DNA of 64,000 nt. It comes from a virus. The first letter of the stretch is position 1. Each line of letters opens with the position of its first letter. Shown one piece after another: positions 43,201 through 48,416 of the stretch. Under the pieces are notes generated by a model. The model was not told where the DNA came from, ran no database searches, and was given only the letters and a program-made list of their open reading frames with translations. The position numbers were made by a program, and so were the translations under genes. Location of the stretch: positions 1 to 64,000 of IMG/VR virus record IMGVR_UViG_3300035698_007208, one strand, 5' to 3'.

Positions 43201-44078
43201 TGTTATCACCACTAGAAAACTTCATTATGAATGTAAAAACATCTATTGCTGCATTTGATGCAAATGGCTTAATAGTTGACACTATTAGTGTCGGCCCATT
43301 TGATGCTAATGTGAGTCCATCAGATGCAAATGGTACAGTTACAGTAACAAGTATAATTTCAACTCCTTTACTAAATGATAATGATATAATTAATTTAGCA
43401 GGCGAAACAACTACTCCAATAACAGGCTCGTATGTTATATCAAACATTAATATATCAGCTCGTAGTTTTACTATTGACTTAGCTAATGTTGATGCAAATA
43501 TAATAACAACAGCAGGTAATATATTGTTAACAAGTGGAGTTTCAGCAGTTGATGTAGAATTCATAGTACACCAAGATTTGTTTGGCGGAAGCGAGTATAT
43601 CAGAGTGTTATCTGATAGAAGTACAAGTACCAATTCAGCAACACCTATTGCGATATGGGATGAAGAAATTGCTGTAGTGGACGCAACAAAGCTACCAATA
43701 CCAACCCTTGCTGTGCCTGGTGTTGTATGGTTAAATCATTCAGAACGAATAGAGTATAGGACAACAATTAATAATGTGCTTATTGATATTACACGTGGTA
43801 CACGTGGAACTACTATATCAAGTCACCCATCGGGCATAGTTATTGATGATGGCTCATCAGCACAAGTATTTAACAGTGAATTAAATCTTGGTTTTGAAAG
43901 TCGTAACCCAGAAACGGCTACTTGGTTAAACACAAGTGGCACCATTTCGTTAAGTTTGTCAGACATAACAAACAGAAGTAACAGTAACCAAATTGCAGCG
44001 TTTTTACAGGGAGAACTTACTGTAAGTATTGGTTGGGATGCAAGAGGATGGGATAGTGATGCATTTGATAGTGCATAA
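28239..44078 (+). CDS. Giant 5279-aa virion structural protein (gp7-position baseplate/fibre protein) with a YHYH domain
   Basis: Uninterrupted ORF after gp6; N-terminal LP..LQT...FF; YLNEVKPY; TRGTRGT; YHYH-type motifs. Confidence 0.75.
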   Translation: MADKIVKQLPVVLQTTAIKNFFESTVEQLYSKANTEQLKGFIGKKTGDDFGLSGAFIPEATADRREYNLTPAVNIINSVTGDSENLTFYDEFIDILETYGVDVRNQNILFGSNYQTFMPPIDIDKFINYQEYYWFPSAPTAITVTHSVASPINIDVDIIGQTQFTSETGIIFRNGMTVVFAGDYIIPGASALFASHNVGVEYTVGGVGNAIFLVETRINTSTRYGGSSIDEKDYIVIDKGSLNGASWSRVNHWYHKKNFEDAGDIIPSKEHRANRPIVEFDRYLELMNHGINYRGSVTLSAVTETLATVTGQANLTIDSHAIVDGDRIIFPNEVSANRTYIYLVSNAATSITLTPDPSETALITGDTVSIAKGFTYVGLDYLYDGSSLLIAQTKTKINQPPLFVLYDDTGVRLDDLGLYPQSTFVGNSIFGYKIGTGVNDDELKFPVSYVSFKTASEFAFENFIETDQVKFQAFGSTEISKVNGTYYYKLTTTVPEFSSYWKTSNNRNEQKINSTYELNQFDIDDALLVYNVGAIPNIKVSAVSGYDIITKVNNVVVVNYTYESEKIKFTSFDFSVGDIIEITVNSDIGITTASSSRYSLPLSWRANPNNEEIEIIAEPQYLGHFTNFIKTQEGFTGDVLGSNNFASTSKDVSHAKDIVQTDQDLTLAVFMLDDQPHNLVDAIRFNSREYEKYKARLIKEITNYYNSFDMSTQTNEYILDQVLRSLISYSVGKAVFNSTYVIPFGDNYIEETFDVADTTDVAYTLTNYLDTSLITNSLLVYKGTSAVDQQLLLLDRDYTVTNVNPITITLTSALNLELGNSIITKLYSEERDSAQCPATPSTMGMFPMFLPQREMDVSFKVPIEVIKGHDGSKIALLGDVRDDILLEFETRIYNASTQELRESISLPELNTQTVTPGIFRNNTLTPVGSADLLRYNFESWVSNNKVDPVVNEFYNATDKWTWNYRGNSDIPGHWKGWYDYYYDTTSPHLTPWRLLGFFEMPLWWVSEYGTYYGSNNIAMWTDLADGIIRNGNRENLINGSYLIDNAFRRIGLLDVLPVDANASIKPPAEITTTAVSTLTISYNNARDTSNTIFQTNSIVPTNELTVDYDINNVYFDNKEITKIYAVPIITLANLSIVANTATTMPSSAIGITVTGKPILNPTLLETWNNEGDWHFNAVSAGTISNFGIYNIMPEDAGLEEWDTLTHSPIVGWAFDGLPIYGPYGYQDTSNIASNIVAIRSSFVVKQNTRFNGPFGKATGEFIQDYEWNGTSLESNTTGDAGQYNMRYGFTIDSQSVAIYHYVVTLDSDGNPSFPYTVGGGVATRPVGSSDVLTYAGQYYASPLNDTKNTLGTIVNVGTFSALISEKFETVTANAKETNAAWRFGDCAPVENAWKYSVGYPYAVTEGLLLSRPGKFVSVFSDPSNIVKSNLERFKLISALTRKPWDYRSITDFRIHGDVNTATNALITNIGYTQFVHSWLAFQGLNTTVDFADRLRTVNIKLAHRLAGFSDKDTLTVRSDQFSATGTSTSLVIPDENVQLTVHSSPYKTRNFYSGVIIQKNAAGYKVKGYDKNFGYFNTLALNLNGRTSQMSVGGQPAAYVNWEPNTRYQALTIILHLGLFYQAPRFVTSSLTFISTLWTRLPSLPQIGAERAALFLDSTSQITRVDYETQFDTVQEVVNFLSGLGLFQSQQGYDFGIFDNSINDVRNWTYAIKQFLFWVSGGWDNNNVLELSPLGGRVKFDSISGMVAKIDRVSNNQFTLLDQNSRSIAPTECTIIREGNSIEIIPPSGSQIYAALLYTKEIEHALIIDNTTNFNDTILNTLYNQKQTRLRLKGKRTANWSGLLSTEGFIIDNDELKPNLDNMAESLGRYHELGFIPVEKQLYNTARSLFGYQERAYLNDLEIEDDDQFEFYTGMLQSKGTIPSLTKIAASNSIIQGSMVVFDEWALRVGDFGDLENEQSIELSLEKADIVQDPQLITLVFPEDTIGVIDAIRVLDTKHKYNSVPLLVIAQPTLAPAIQASAEALLDNTGVISGFKIIEEGSGYVEPVVIQVVAGDLVVSNVDVAFSTPVAQSLLYLPSNVASLGLSNILLSDNLSANGIISIDVSTATDIANVVSSINTSAATNANVSALVVENTYLVGNIELSQVILQITGNDFTLIEDGVTLASLAITPGRYEPKQRHSISTVDNHPILGTGATEEGNITVKINNIDLPHAGGGNWEYDAGSRQNKSYIIGDSSVSGIDFDTNGIYSGNVTIPLVTPIDANNTATEANVYRHANVFINGTEILNSGVTRAYAITTTDLILYNVDQLPEGQLLVGANISIHEHATVNLGNAVITDIPGAKLSIRTVTNDDIAILTKSKRLFEISEDAKGDEAIVIDIDDSSRFLKKPLGVRDNKLWPSMSSVNHTGITDARYFNIPNAGYVNKANVDFRSFDVSSIGQMFSDQISIHPEQNDLIHVAVSENLDWNVYKLAAANTGISYVEQENDDATSYLFTSNSLFDYTDSNQLQETDLSRYLDYHLVLKNSQLNEKFVVWVNEQVVDSKQVRFSNISATVMTEASVTEIGPESNSILAISNINPGVSSFSTATATANIDGNGTVLITTDTFGVEDGDSVAFGGALGNANPLWANSYIVSNVTIGTFTVLDAALTSNIDIANLVYSYYGKTQIESVDHGLSSGEMIKIVAGVYSGAYLVESASANTFVIDARYLSGAATTGNILLDNVVITAIGHGIVDAYSGKRIAVHNADPRYYNQVYTVDSVTANTISVSGIFAFADVANVMANAVVTTLDHDVIRLNNSSIKIDNFNSVDGIVDSINQAADLRRGFITREGSFSMSMPMMRSNRLPGGITSSQIAGSIPYVTNLNGFDQSGLVVTGNRTINPDLTRKIGFNNDAVVRGQSPAPRTITSAANQTHSTVLNVGPYSQTLNNQLNPYEVNIGPINIPKISIMGPLENFNRSVNNPSPNTGLGQLPNNSGAPIINPAALIALPSVQLCTPAIPAIPPPRPPKPAAPAVPAVPAIPAVPAIPASPGVPEVPAVPAVPEVLAIPGTGTGSCIQYNKWEYIEQSTMTSNVDDTWYFMIPICGSVKIIYDMDSGEDILDAFQITTRTAFGGTRMGGTDTGVRFATTAEKAQLLKGNNGAAASSFTSNLPKDFIKTNPGSKFCGVIEFDFKPTAGSYLRIDVDKNSSIYKFLIGYPSTVGVVNPQQNTNPGQPANIPPYNGVGVVPNMNTIPQTPIIQPAGTPINKLKKVNGGMRDDEFNFRNGAGGGRYSNAGEYYVSNFSGFSSAPMAGFGFIPSVFKKTVKITSPLNVNRHQALSSGRYVNTVVHRVSGGIIIPFADRLPTPIFIGAKPIKGLDLINDPLFRLAGDIANGQNVHFNYNPRKISSANYTMDSIGLPASINTVTSNGSIGPNGSINPVTPNGSIGPNGSIGPNGSIGPNGKVTSTTPGVFDYTPLAGNLPSTVLGSPLVSLELAPPTIADAIDSPVDVDNVEFNNIPIITLIPKVKTVDGSFVPAGPTCYCPVHRPSPSVTISPSDLIGATPGDQILINNTAVTIQSNVDATMNSIECAIGSGFTTMRTTRDYNEAIKLISCTNAPITFKDGCRGGVYKEVLDFHVVKSFSLSSTSNALVVAASTGYGAGNTATFVTPSVTYTRYSEEGEVQDTLPQTSTTTTGSILTAQTAHTGGGGYSVGDRLRVVGGVPIASPYGSITELCIGDPGSNYSEAANVKIYIGDGSTPGTGAVVGNVVLNANGGISTIELINSGIGYDGARQPTVRVVDIGAATAPTIASPAKVSVKIGTETIGRNGLSITSYGLPERVAKFVVTQIDATGAILGLQSIDRGIYKQFPSDLTTGIPLEYDAVNLGDEWGGELPPSSSTGLGGFDPLNNHATLPSPGGYNPLTGDFAGGTGARVFLTAREIPDCSEKGDARSKMGLPSSTGAVSIPSHLADLLNTGLLNGGYTPTDISFGVGSINDDFDTITLESPTFDGIEIGELTPGFLDKIGIPPGDYNPDMGVLSAVNTTPLNDSNGTTPDNIGNNNGNGNNNGNGTNGNNGNNGNTAINGIGARTALPIESIAIYGVDNVGGSSGTNGQDTNSVLGTASVQYITDLFQYELRTLAGNPVVANNQAQQTSVLVFESQRYNTENDIAIANVSYADIPSTIAEFANVWIDDYMTTGWAYLEGNVTQRNQTSLVDPKFINNVIIYDSTTGEKEFDYDIYDPFKGVLPAFIEAALNYISSNDPVVYNSTKAFFGRKNIGQLWWDTSSVRYNWYEQGPNRERWLNWGSSFPGSAITIYEWVESVKTPLEYTGTGTPKNGSEFLIERRLNPTTNNHQNYYYYWVQNVQEINIQAKTQYNRQFTALAIARYISDPNGQGLNTIGFISSGDSDSTNLASMMMSNLSNTLREDEQNIQINLSRNLNPIGLKHVAWKLLREGDNNSEIPEDLSAKMIDSLCELNSVGQTVPEPNLSVVERFGVQFRPRQTIFKNPNEARRALHFVLNEILADFKLNSLFPTWDDALPSKTYIKSVNWYAVERIDGTTNEKIYYNASFKPVYTVSSAGELEAIKRSSLADGTVIMVRSNLTERFQLWRFNATKSAFEQIAIENETAELSTTIFTDDVNAVMQAELRAFLETLRDDIFLGTSLWNEVFFEMLRYAIAEQPELDWAFKTSYLFVEKEEEDLIQRKGFNPDNFSPVLDYLNEVKPYTAKIRGYKDGKKTPIFFIKDQMISDFDRPPYPDSSLGEIRILDNNDTVDTSILATDSRYIKWNSAINDDNSPIRTGNINLVFDRVDWRLLEPYHDTSVSSYSRSIANNIATLNAESLDDVSANSTYSMSSRIFKFDPDVRSQFNTDIDSYFGNGASANSSITENSMQLLSAIQDGGLTTTLTLVQEKVGGGYRGELLDANVFTRVVSGTDALTLQSVFGYDTTPWDNTLGFGSEWDTNIEVENYEGIFDGNVTFRRDGVTFEGFDGVTFKKLIYGEERPEELVMLSPLENFIMNVKTSIAAFDANGLIVDTISVGPFDANVSPSDANGTVTVTSIISTPLLNDNDIINLAGETTTPITGSYVISNINISARSFTIDLANVDANIITTAGNILLTSGVSAVDVEFIVHQDLFGGSEYIRVLSDRSTSTNSATPIAIWDEEIAVVDATKLPIPTLAVPGVVWLNHSERIEYRTTINNVLIDITRGTRGTTISSHPSGIVIDDGSSAQVFNSELNLGFESRNPETATWLNTSGTISLSLSDITNRSNSNQIAAFLQGELTVSIGWDARGWDSDAFDSA
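37216..37375 (+). repeat. PAVPAIPA 9-nt coding repeats
   Basis: CCAGCAGTG / CCAGCAATA tandem units. Confidence 0.9.
38451..38556 (+). repeat. NGSIGP 18-nt coding repeats
   Basis: AATGGCAGCATTGGTCCT tandem copies. Confidence 0.9.
40344..40411 (+). repeat. GNN/NG low-complexity coding repeats
   Basis: GGAAACAAT units. Confidence 0.85.
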
Positions 44079-44102
44079 TAAAACTTAGTTTTAATGGAAG
44101 AT

Positions 44103-44110
44103 GATAAATA
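44103..44110 (+). promoter_or_regulatory. Late promoter GATAAATA, 5 nt before ATG 44116
   Basis: Recurrent motif. Confidence 0.7.
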
Positions 44111-44115
44111 GTTAT

Positions 44116-44259
44116 ATGTCAAATACACAAGAACCTAAGCAAGAACAAACGAAAGACGACGATCATGCAATTGATTGTCTCGGATTAAACATGAGTGGTC
44201 ATATTTTAATCCGAGACAAAGAAACTAAAGAAGAATTAGTTAATAAGAGAGCTGAATAA
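44116..44259 (+). CDS. 47-aa protein not in the ORF track, similar to the N-terminus of the next gene
   Basis: Hand translation MSNTQEPKQEQTKDDDHAIDCLGLNMSGHILIRDKETKEELVNKRAE; promoter upstream. Confidence 0.75.
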   Translation: MSNTQEPKQEQTKDDDHAIDCLGLNMSGHILIRDKETKEELVNKRAE

Positions 44260-44820
44260 ATGAATTTAAATATGAAAGGTCATGTTTTAGTAAAAGATAA
44301 AGAATCTGGTGAAGTGTTAGCTGACCAAAATAACGCTATTCATTACGGAAATATGGCAAGAATCGTAGCATTAGCACTTAATAACACTGCCGATGCTTAT
44401 ATTAATTTTGTAGCATTTGGAAATGGTGGGACTAGTGTAGATACTTCAGGTAAGGTACTGTATAAAACACCAAGAGTGAGTGAGGCATATGATGCCTCAA
44501 GTAACTTATACAATACTACTTATAACAAAGACATATTTCCTGGTGATTCCACAAACAAAATAGAAATTATAACCGGTGCCTCATATACTGATATTAAAAT
44601 GACAGTTACTTTAGGATTTTCAGAGCCTGCAGGGCAAGAGGTATTTGATACAAGTATTACAAATGAAGGTGAGTACATTTTTGATGAATTAGGTGTATTT
44701 ACTAACAGTACGGATTTTGCAGACGCAATAATGCTAACGCATGTTATCTTTCACCCTGTACAAAAAAGTCAAAACCGAGTGATAGAAATAATTTATACAA
44801 TCAGAATACAGTTAAGTTAA
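44260..44820 (+). CDS. Virion structural protein (baseplate/fibre attachment, tail-collar-like)
   Basis: AFGNGGT, FDELGV, LTHVIFHPVQKS.NR.IEI.YT motifs; precedes the fibre gene. Confidence 0.65.
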   Translation: MNLNMKGHVLVKDKESGEVLADQNNAIHYGNMARIVALALNNTADAYINFVAFGNGGTSVDTSGKVLYKTPRVSEAYDASSNLYNTTYNKDIFPGDSTNKIEIITGASYTDIKMTVTLGFSEPAGQEVFDTSITNEGEYIFDELGVFTNSTDFADAIMLTHVIFHPVQKSQNRVIEIIYTIRIQLS

Positions 44821-44832
44821 CGAGGAAACAAA

Positions 44833-46677
44833 ATGGCATATTCAGTAACAACCACAGATGGATTAACACCCATAACAGTAGCGGATACTACTGTAGACAG
44901 TAGCCAATTATCGTTAGCGTTAATTGGAAGAAATGCAACAAACTACGGTGAACCACTTGTCCGAAACTTTGTTCATCATTTAGAAAACTTTTCAAATAGT
45001 ACACCACCAACCCCCAGCACTGTATTACAGGGACAACTTTGGTGGAATAAAACAGAAAAAACATTGCGTGTTTACGATGGCACAGTATGGAAACGAAACA
45101 CTGCAATTCCAGTATCAGCATCTGAACTAACTGATAGCTTAGTGGGTGGTACTGGTTATTTTAATAGTGTTACGCAAGAATTAAAAATGTACAATGGTAC
45201 TGAATTTAAAAACGCACTTGTACCGGGCGGCACAGTTACAGCAGAATATGCTGGCAATGTTACAGCCTCAGGCAATGCTAGTAACTATGGCGCAAAGGTA
45301 GAAACTTTGTTTTTGACCTCGTCAGGTCCTTCACCAGCAATTAAACCAGTATTGGTAATGAAATACGTAAGTGATGGAACCGCAGGTGGAGCAGGAATTG
45401 GGTCACCAGACGTAAATCATGAAAGTGCTAACACAACCATTATGGCTATTTTTAGCTCACATGATACCTTTAGTGTAGATGTATCAAGTGATTTTTATGA
45501 CGAATTAAGTAACGTAAATAGTTTTGGAGCATCAATTACACAAGGCTTTACATTGCGAAATGACTACACTGATTCGGTTGTAGCACAAGCATCGCTTGCC
45601 AACGTAGCAAATGTGGCAAATGCTATTGATACAGGTGTTATTGTAGACGGAGAAGATATTATTCATGTTAGTAGAGGATATGTTCCTACATCTGACAGTA
45701 CATTCAATCTTGGCAGTACAACATTTCGATTTGGTGAAGGCCACTTTGATACATTATTTTTAGGCGGCAATGTTGCAGGTAATACACCATTAGCGATAGT
45801 TGGTAATGTTGACATTGGTAGTAACGTGTCAAGAGTTAATGCATTGTATGCTAAAGATTTAGATGTTTCAGGCAACGTAGTATTCGGCGCTGGCGTACAA
45901 AATATTGGTTCAAATGCAGCACCATTAGAAAACTTTTTTGTTGCAAATGTGAAAATGACAACTGGTAGTATTGCAACAACACCTAGTGCAAACATAGATA
46001 TAGCAAATAAATTATATGTAGATAACCAAGTATCAGGTGTTTCATCTGGATTTGTTGATAAGGTTTCAGCAGAAAGTATTGGCGGAGCAAAAACATTCAC
46101 AAGTGCAGTTGCAGCACCAACATTTTCTGGTGTTGCCACCCAAATCCAAACATCACAGCGAGCAGTTGCGGCAACACACTATTTAACATTTGTTGCAACT
46201 GACAACTCAACAGCTTCAGGCGAAACACTGTATACTGATTCAGGTGTTTCTTATAATCCATCAACTAACGTGCTGTCAACAACTGCCACTGAAGCAAAAT
46301 ATGCTGACGTTGCAGAAATATACAGTTCGGACGAACTTTATGAACCAGGAACCGTAGTCAAGTTAGGTGGAGAAGCAGAAGTAACAGTTACAACTTCACG
46401 GTATGACACTGCTGTGTTTGGTGTGGTATCAACAGCCCCTGCATATTTAATGAATAAAGATGCTACTGGCTTGCCAATTGCATTAGTTGGAAGAGTGCCA
46501 GTTAAAGTAACAGGCACAGTTAATAAAGGGGACAGAATAATATCCTCCAATATACCTGGAATTGCAGAATCAATTGGAATCGATGGGTATGACGCCCGAG
46601 GTATTATAGGCCGGGCATTGCAAGATAAACATACAGATGATCTTGCATTAATTGAAGTAGTAATAGGAGTTAAATAA
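44833..46677 (+). CDS. Tail fibre protein with a C-terminal intramolecular chaperone/autocleavage (peptidase G2-like) domain
   Basis: LIGRN..NYGE...NFVHHLENF, GQLWW; C-terminal YADVAEIY..D..YEPGTVV, GVVSTAPAYLMN, GRVPVKV. Confidence 0.75.
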   Translation: MAYSVTTTDGLTPITVADTTVDSSQLSLALIGRNATNYGEPLVRNFVHHLENFSNSTPPTPSTVLQGQLWWNKTEKTLRVYDGTVWKRNTAIPVSASELTDSLVGGTGYFNSVTQELKMYNGTEFKNALVPGGTVTAEYAGNVTASGNASNYGAKVETLFLTSSGPSPAIKPVLVMKYVSDGTAGGAGIGSPDVNHESANTTIMAIFSSHDTFSVDVSSDFYDELSNVNSFGASITQGFTLRNDYTDSVVAQASLANVANVANAIDTGVIVDGEDIIHVSRGYVPTSDSTFNLGSTTFRFGEGHFDTLFLGGNVAGNTPLAIVGNVDIGSNVSRVNALYAKDLDVSGNVVFGAGVQNIGSNAAPLENFFVANVKMTTGSIATTPSANIDIANKLYVDNQVSGVSSGFVDKVSAESIGGAKTFTSAVAAPTFSGVATQIQTSQRAVAATHYLTFVATDNSTASGETLYTDSGVSYNPSTNVLSTTATEAKYADVAEIYSSDELYEPGTVVKLGGEAEVTVTTSRYDTAVFGVVSTAPAYLMNKDATGLPIALVGRVPVKVTGTVNKGDRIISSNIPGIAESIGIDGYDARGIIGRALQDKHTDDLALIEVVIGVK

Positions 46678-47021
46678 TGAACAATAACGATAAAATGCGC
46701 CAGCTAATTAAATTGATAGAATCTGCAGAAGACCAAGCAATAACATCTCACATTACAACAAAGCGTGGTGAAGAAATTGAGGTTGTTGTAAGTTTTAGGT
46801 CATATCCTGGCCGCCCTTCAACGCAATTTGAACCAGAAGAATATGCAGAAACTGAAATTACATCAGTTAAGTTAAATGGGCAAGATATACATGGTGACCT
46901 TAAGGACCACACAATAGCGCGGTTTAACGACGAAATTGAATCTTGGATGGCCGAGCAAGACCCAGATGATGGCTATGGTGACTATATGTATGATATGAAA
47001 AAAGACAATCGAGAGGACTAG
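46677..47021 (+). CDS. Hypothetical acidic protein
   Basis: 114-aa ORF, AGGAG SD, MRQLIKLIES N-terminal motif. Confidence 0.65.
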   Translation: MNNNDKMRQLIKLIESAEDQAITSHITTKRGEEIEVVVSFRSYPGRPSTQFEPEEYAETEITSVKLNGQDIHGDLKDHTIARFNDEIESWMAEQDPDDGYGDYMYDMKKDNRED

Positions 47022-47024
47022 AAA

Positions 47025-47999
47025 ATGGCAACTGGTGCTGATATATTAGTTACTGGCGGGACTTCCATGAAAAATGTAGTGGCGGTTACAGATTCAATAG
47101 AAGCTATTGATTTTAATAAACCAAATCAAAATATGGGATCACTGTTAGGTTCTCCACCAGATCTTGAACTTGGTACTTTTATAGAATCGCTTACTTTTGG
47201 TTACGGACAAGGTGGATCAGGTGTTGCAAACGCAGTAATCGGCGCAAATATATTAGGTACTGGTGCGGCTGGTGCATTTAAGGATTTACAGGATGACATA
47301 CAATCGCTTTGTGCATTTACTGGACAGCCATTGCGTACCGGCGTTGGTACTGATGTAACAACTAGCGACAAGATTACAGCATCAACATGGAACAACTTAA
47401 TGTTAAATGTTAAAGATTGCTGGGATAATAGGTTTATCCCAGCAAGTAGGACAGCATCAACAGATGCTATAGTAACTAGAACCACGTCATGGACAAATAC
47501 ACTAACACAAATTACAACATGGACATTTTCAACAGAAGAAGATTGTCGTTCATTTTTTAATGGAGGTGGCGGATTAGGGGTAAGTGCCTCCCGTACAGGT
47601 GGGTCCTCTTCTACGCAAAATACATCATTGTCTACTAGATTAACTGCATTGAGTGATGTGTTTTTGTACCACAATACTACTATTTCCGGCGCTGGTACTA
47701 ATGCTAATATAGGATTTTATGAGTTGACTACATCAAATCAACAATTAGTCCAATATTTTGGTGCAGCATCGCCATATACCAGCGATCAAGTTCGGGTTTT
47801 AGCGAAAATAGACAATATTACTAATCCTAAAGTAGTAACAATTACTATGGAGTTAACAGACGGCAGTGACAGCTTAGTGGATGCTGCACCAGATGGCACA
47901 CTTAGTATAAATGCAAGAAGGAACCAGCCAGATGCTAATGGTTCAGGTTTTTCTTTTGCAACGGCATCGTTTACTGCAAATCCAATAACCGGATCTTAA
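47025..47999 (+). CDS. Virion structural protein (fibre-associated)
   Basis: Thr/Ser/Gly-rich; GYGQ, ITASTWNNL, RSFFNGGG motifs; GAGG SD. Confidence 0.6.
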   Translation: MATGADILVTGGTSMKNVVAVTDSIEAIDFNKPNQNMGSLLGSPPDLELGTFIESLTFGYGQGGSGVANAVIGANILGTGAAGAFKDLQDDIQSLCAFTGQPLRTGVGTDVTTSDKITASTWNNLMLNVKDCWDNRFIPASRTASTDAIVTRTTSWTNTLTQITTWTFSTEEDCRSFFNGGGGLGVSASRTGGSSSTQNTSLSTRLTALSDVFLYHNTTISGAGTNANIGFYELTTSNQQLVQYFGAASPYTSDQVRVLAKIDNITNPKVVTITMELTDGSDSLVDAAPDGTLSINARRNQPDANGSGFSFATASFTANPITGS

Positions 48000-48012
48000 C
48001 AGTTTACTGAAC

Positions 48013-48044
48013 GAGCCAGTAATCCACGTTACTGGCTTTTTTTT
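48013..48044 (+). terminator. Rho-independent terminator ending the tail operon
   Basis: AGCCAGTAA-tccacg-TTACTGGCT followed by a T-run. Confidence 0.85.
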
Positions 48045-48046
48045 GA

Positions 48047-48054
48047 CTTAAATA
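48047..48054 (+). promoter_or_regulatory. Late promoter variant CTTAAATA, 5 nt before ATG 48060
   Basis: TAAATA core immediately after the terminator. Confidence 0.6.
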
Positions 48055-48059
48055 GTAGT

Positions 48060-48416
48060 ATGAGCACAAAATTAACTAAAGCATTACAATTTTCAAACAC
48101 ATTAATGACGATTAATAATCATAAGGCTATTTTGTTAGCTAAAACCGAAGCAATGCTAAGTTACAGCGTAAATGGTGGCACGTTTACTGTTAACCGCGAA
48201 CTATTGGGCTTTTTACATTCGTGTATGGAGTTAAATCAGCTGGTGTTGCTTGATGATAACAAAAATCCAATTCTAATTACAGATATTCCTGAGTTTTACG
48301 ATGAAGTAAAAAGTAGATACTTTGAAGTAGTGAATGATTATCACGCCGAATATGAAAAATTACGCAAGCAGCGAAAAATACACACGGTATTAGATTTAAA
48401 CAAAGATGGCGGGTAA
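48060..48416 (+). CDS. Hypothetical protein (possible fibre assembly chaperone)
   Basis: 118 aa with NGGTF and LLDDNKNPILI motifs; function inferred from position only. Confidence 0.6.
   Translation: MSTKLTKALQFSNTLMTINNHKAILLAKTEAMLSYSVNGGTFTVNRELLGFLHSCMELNQLVLLDDNKNPILITDIPEFYDEVKSRYFEVVNDYHAEYEKLRKQRKIHTVLDLNKDGG

Noticed and set aside
28277-44128. Many 60-184 aa minus-strand ORFs inside the giant gene
   Set aside because: Antisense shadows from codon bias; no SD or recognisable motifs
44833-47999. Diversity-generating retroelement targeting fibre genes
   Set aside because: No reverse transcriptase and no template/variable repeat pair seen in this window
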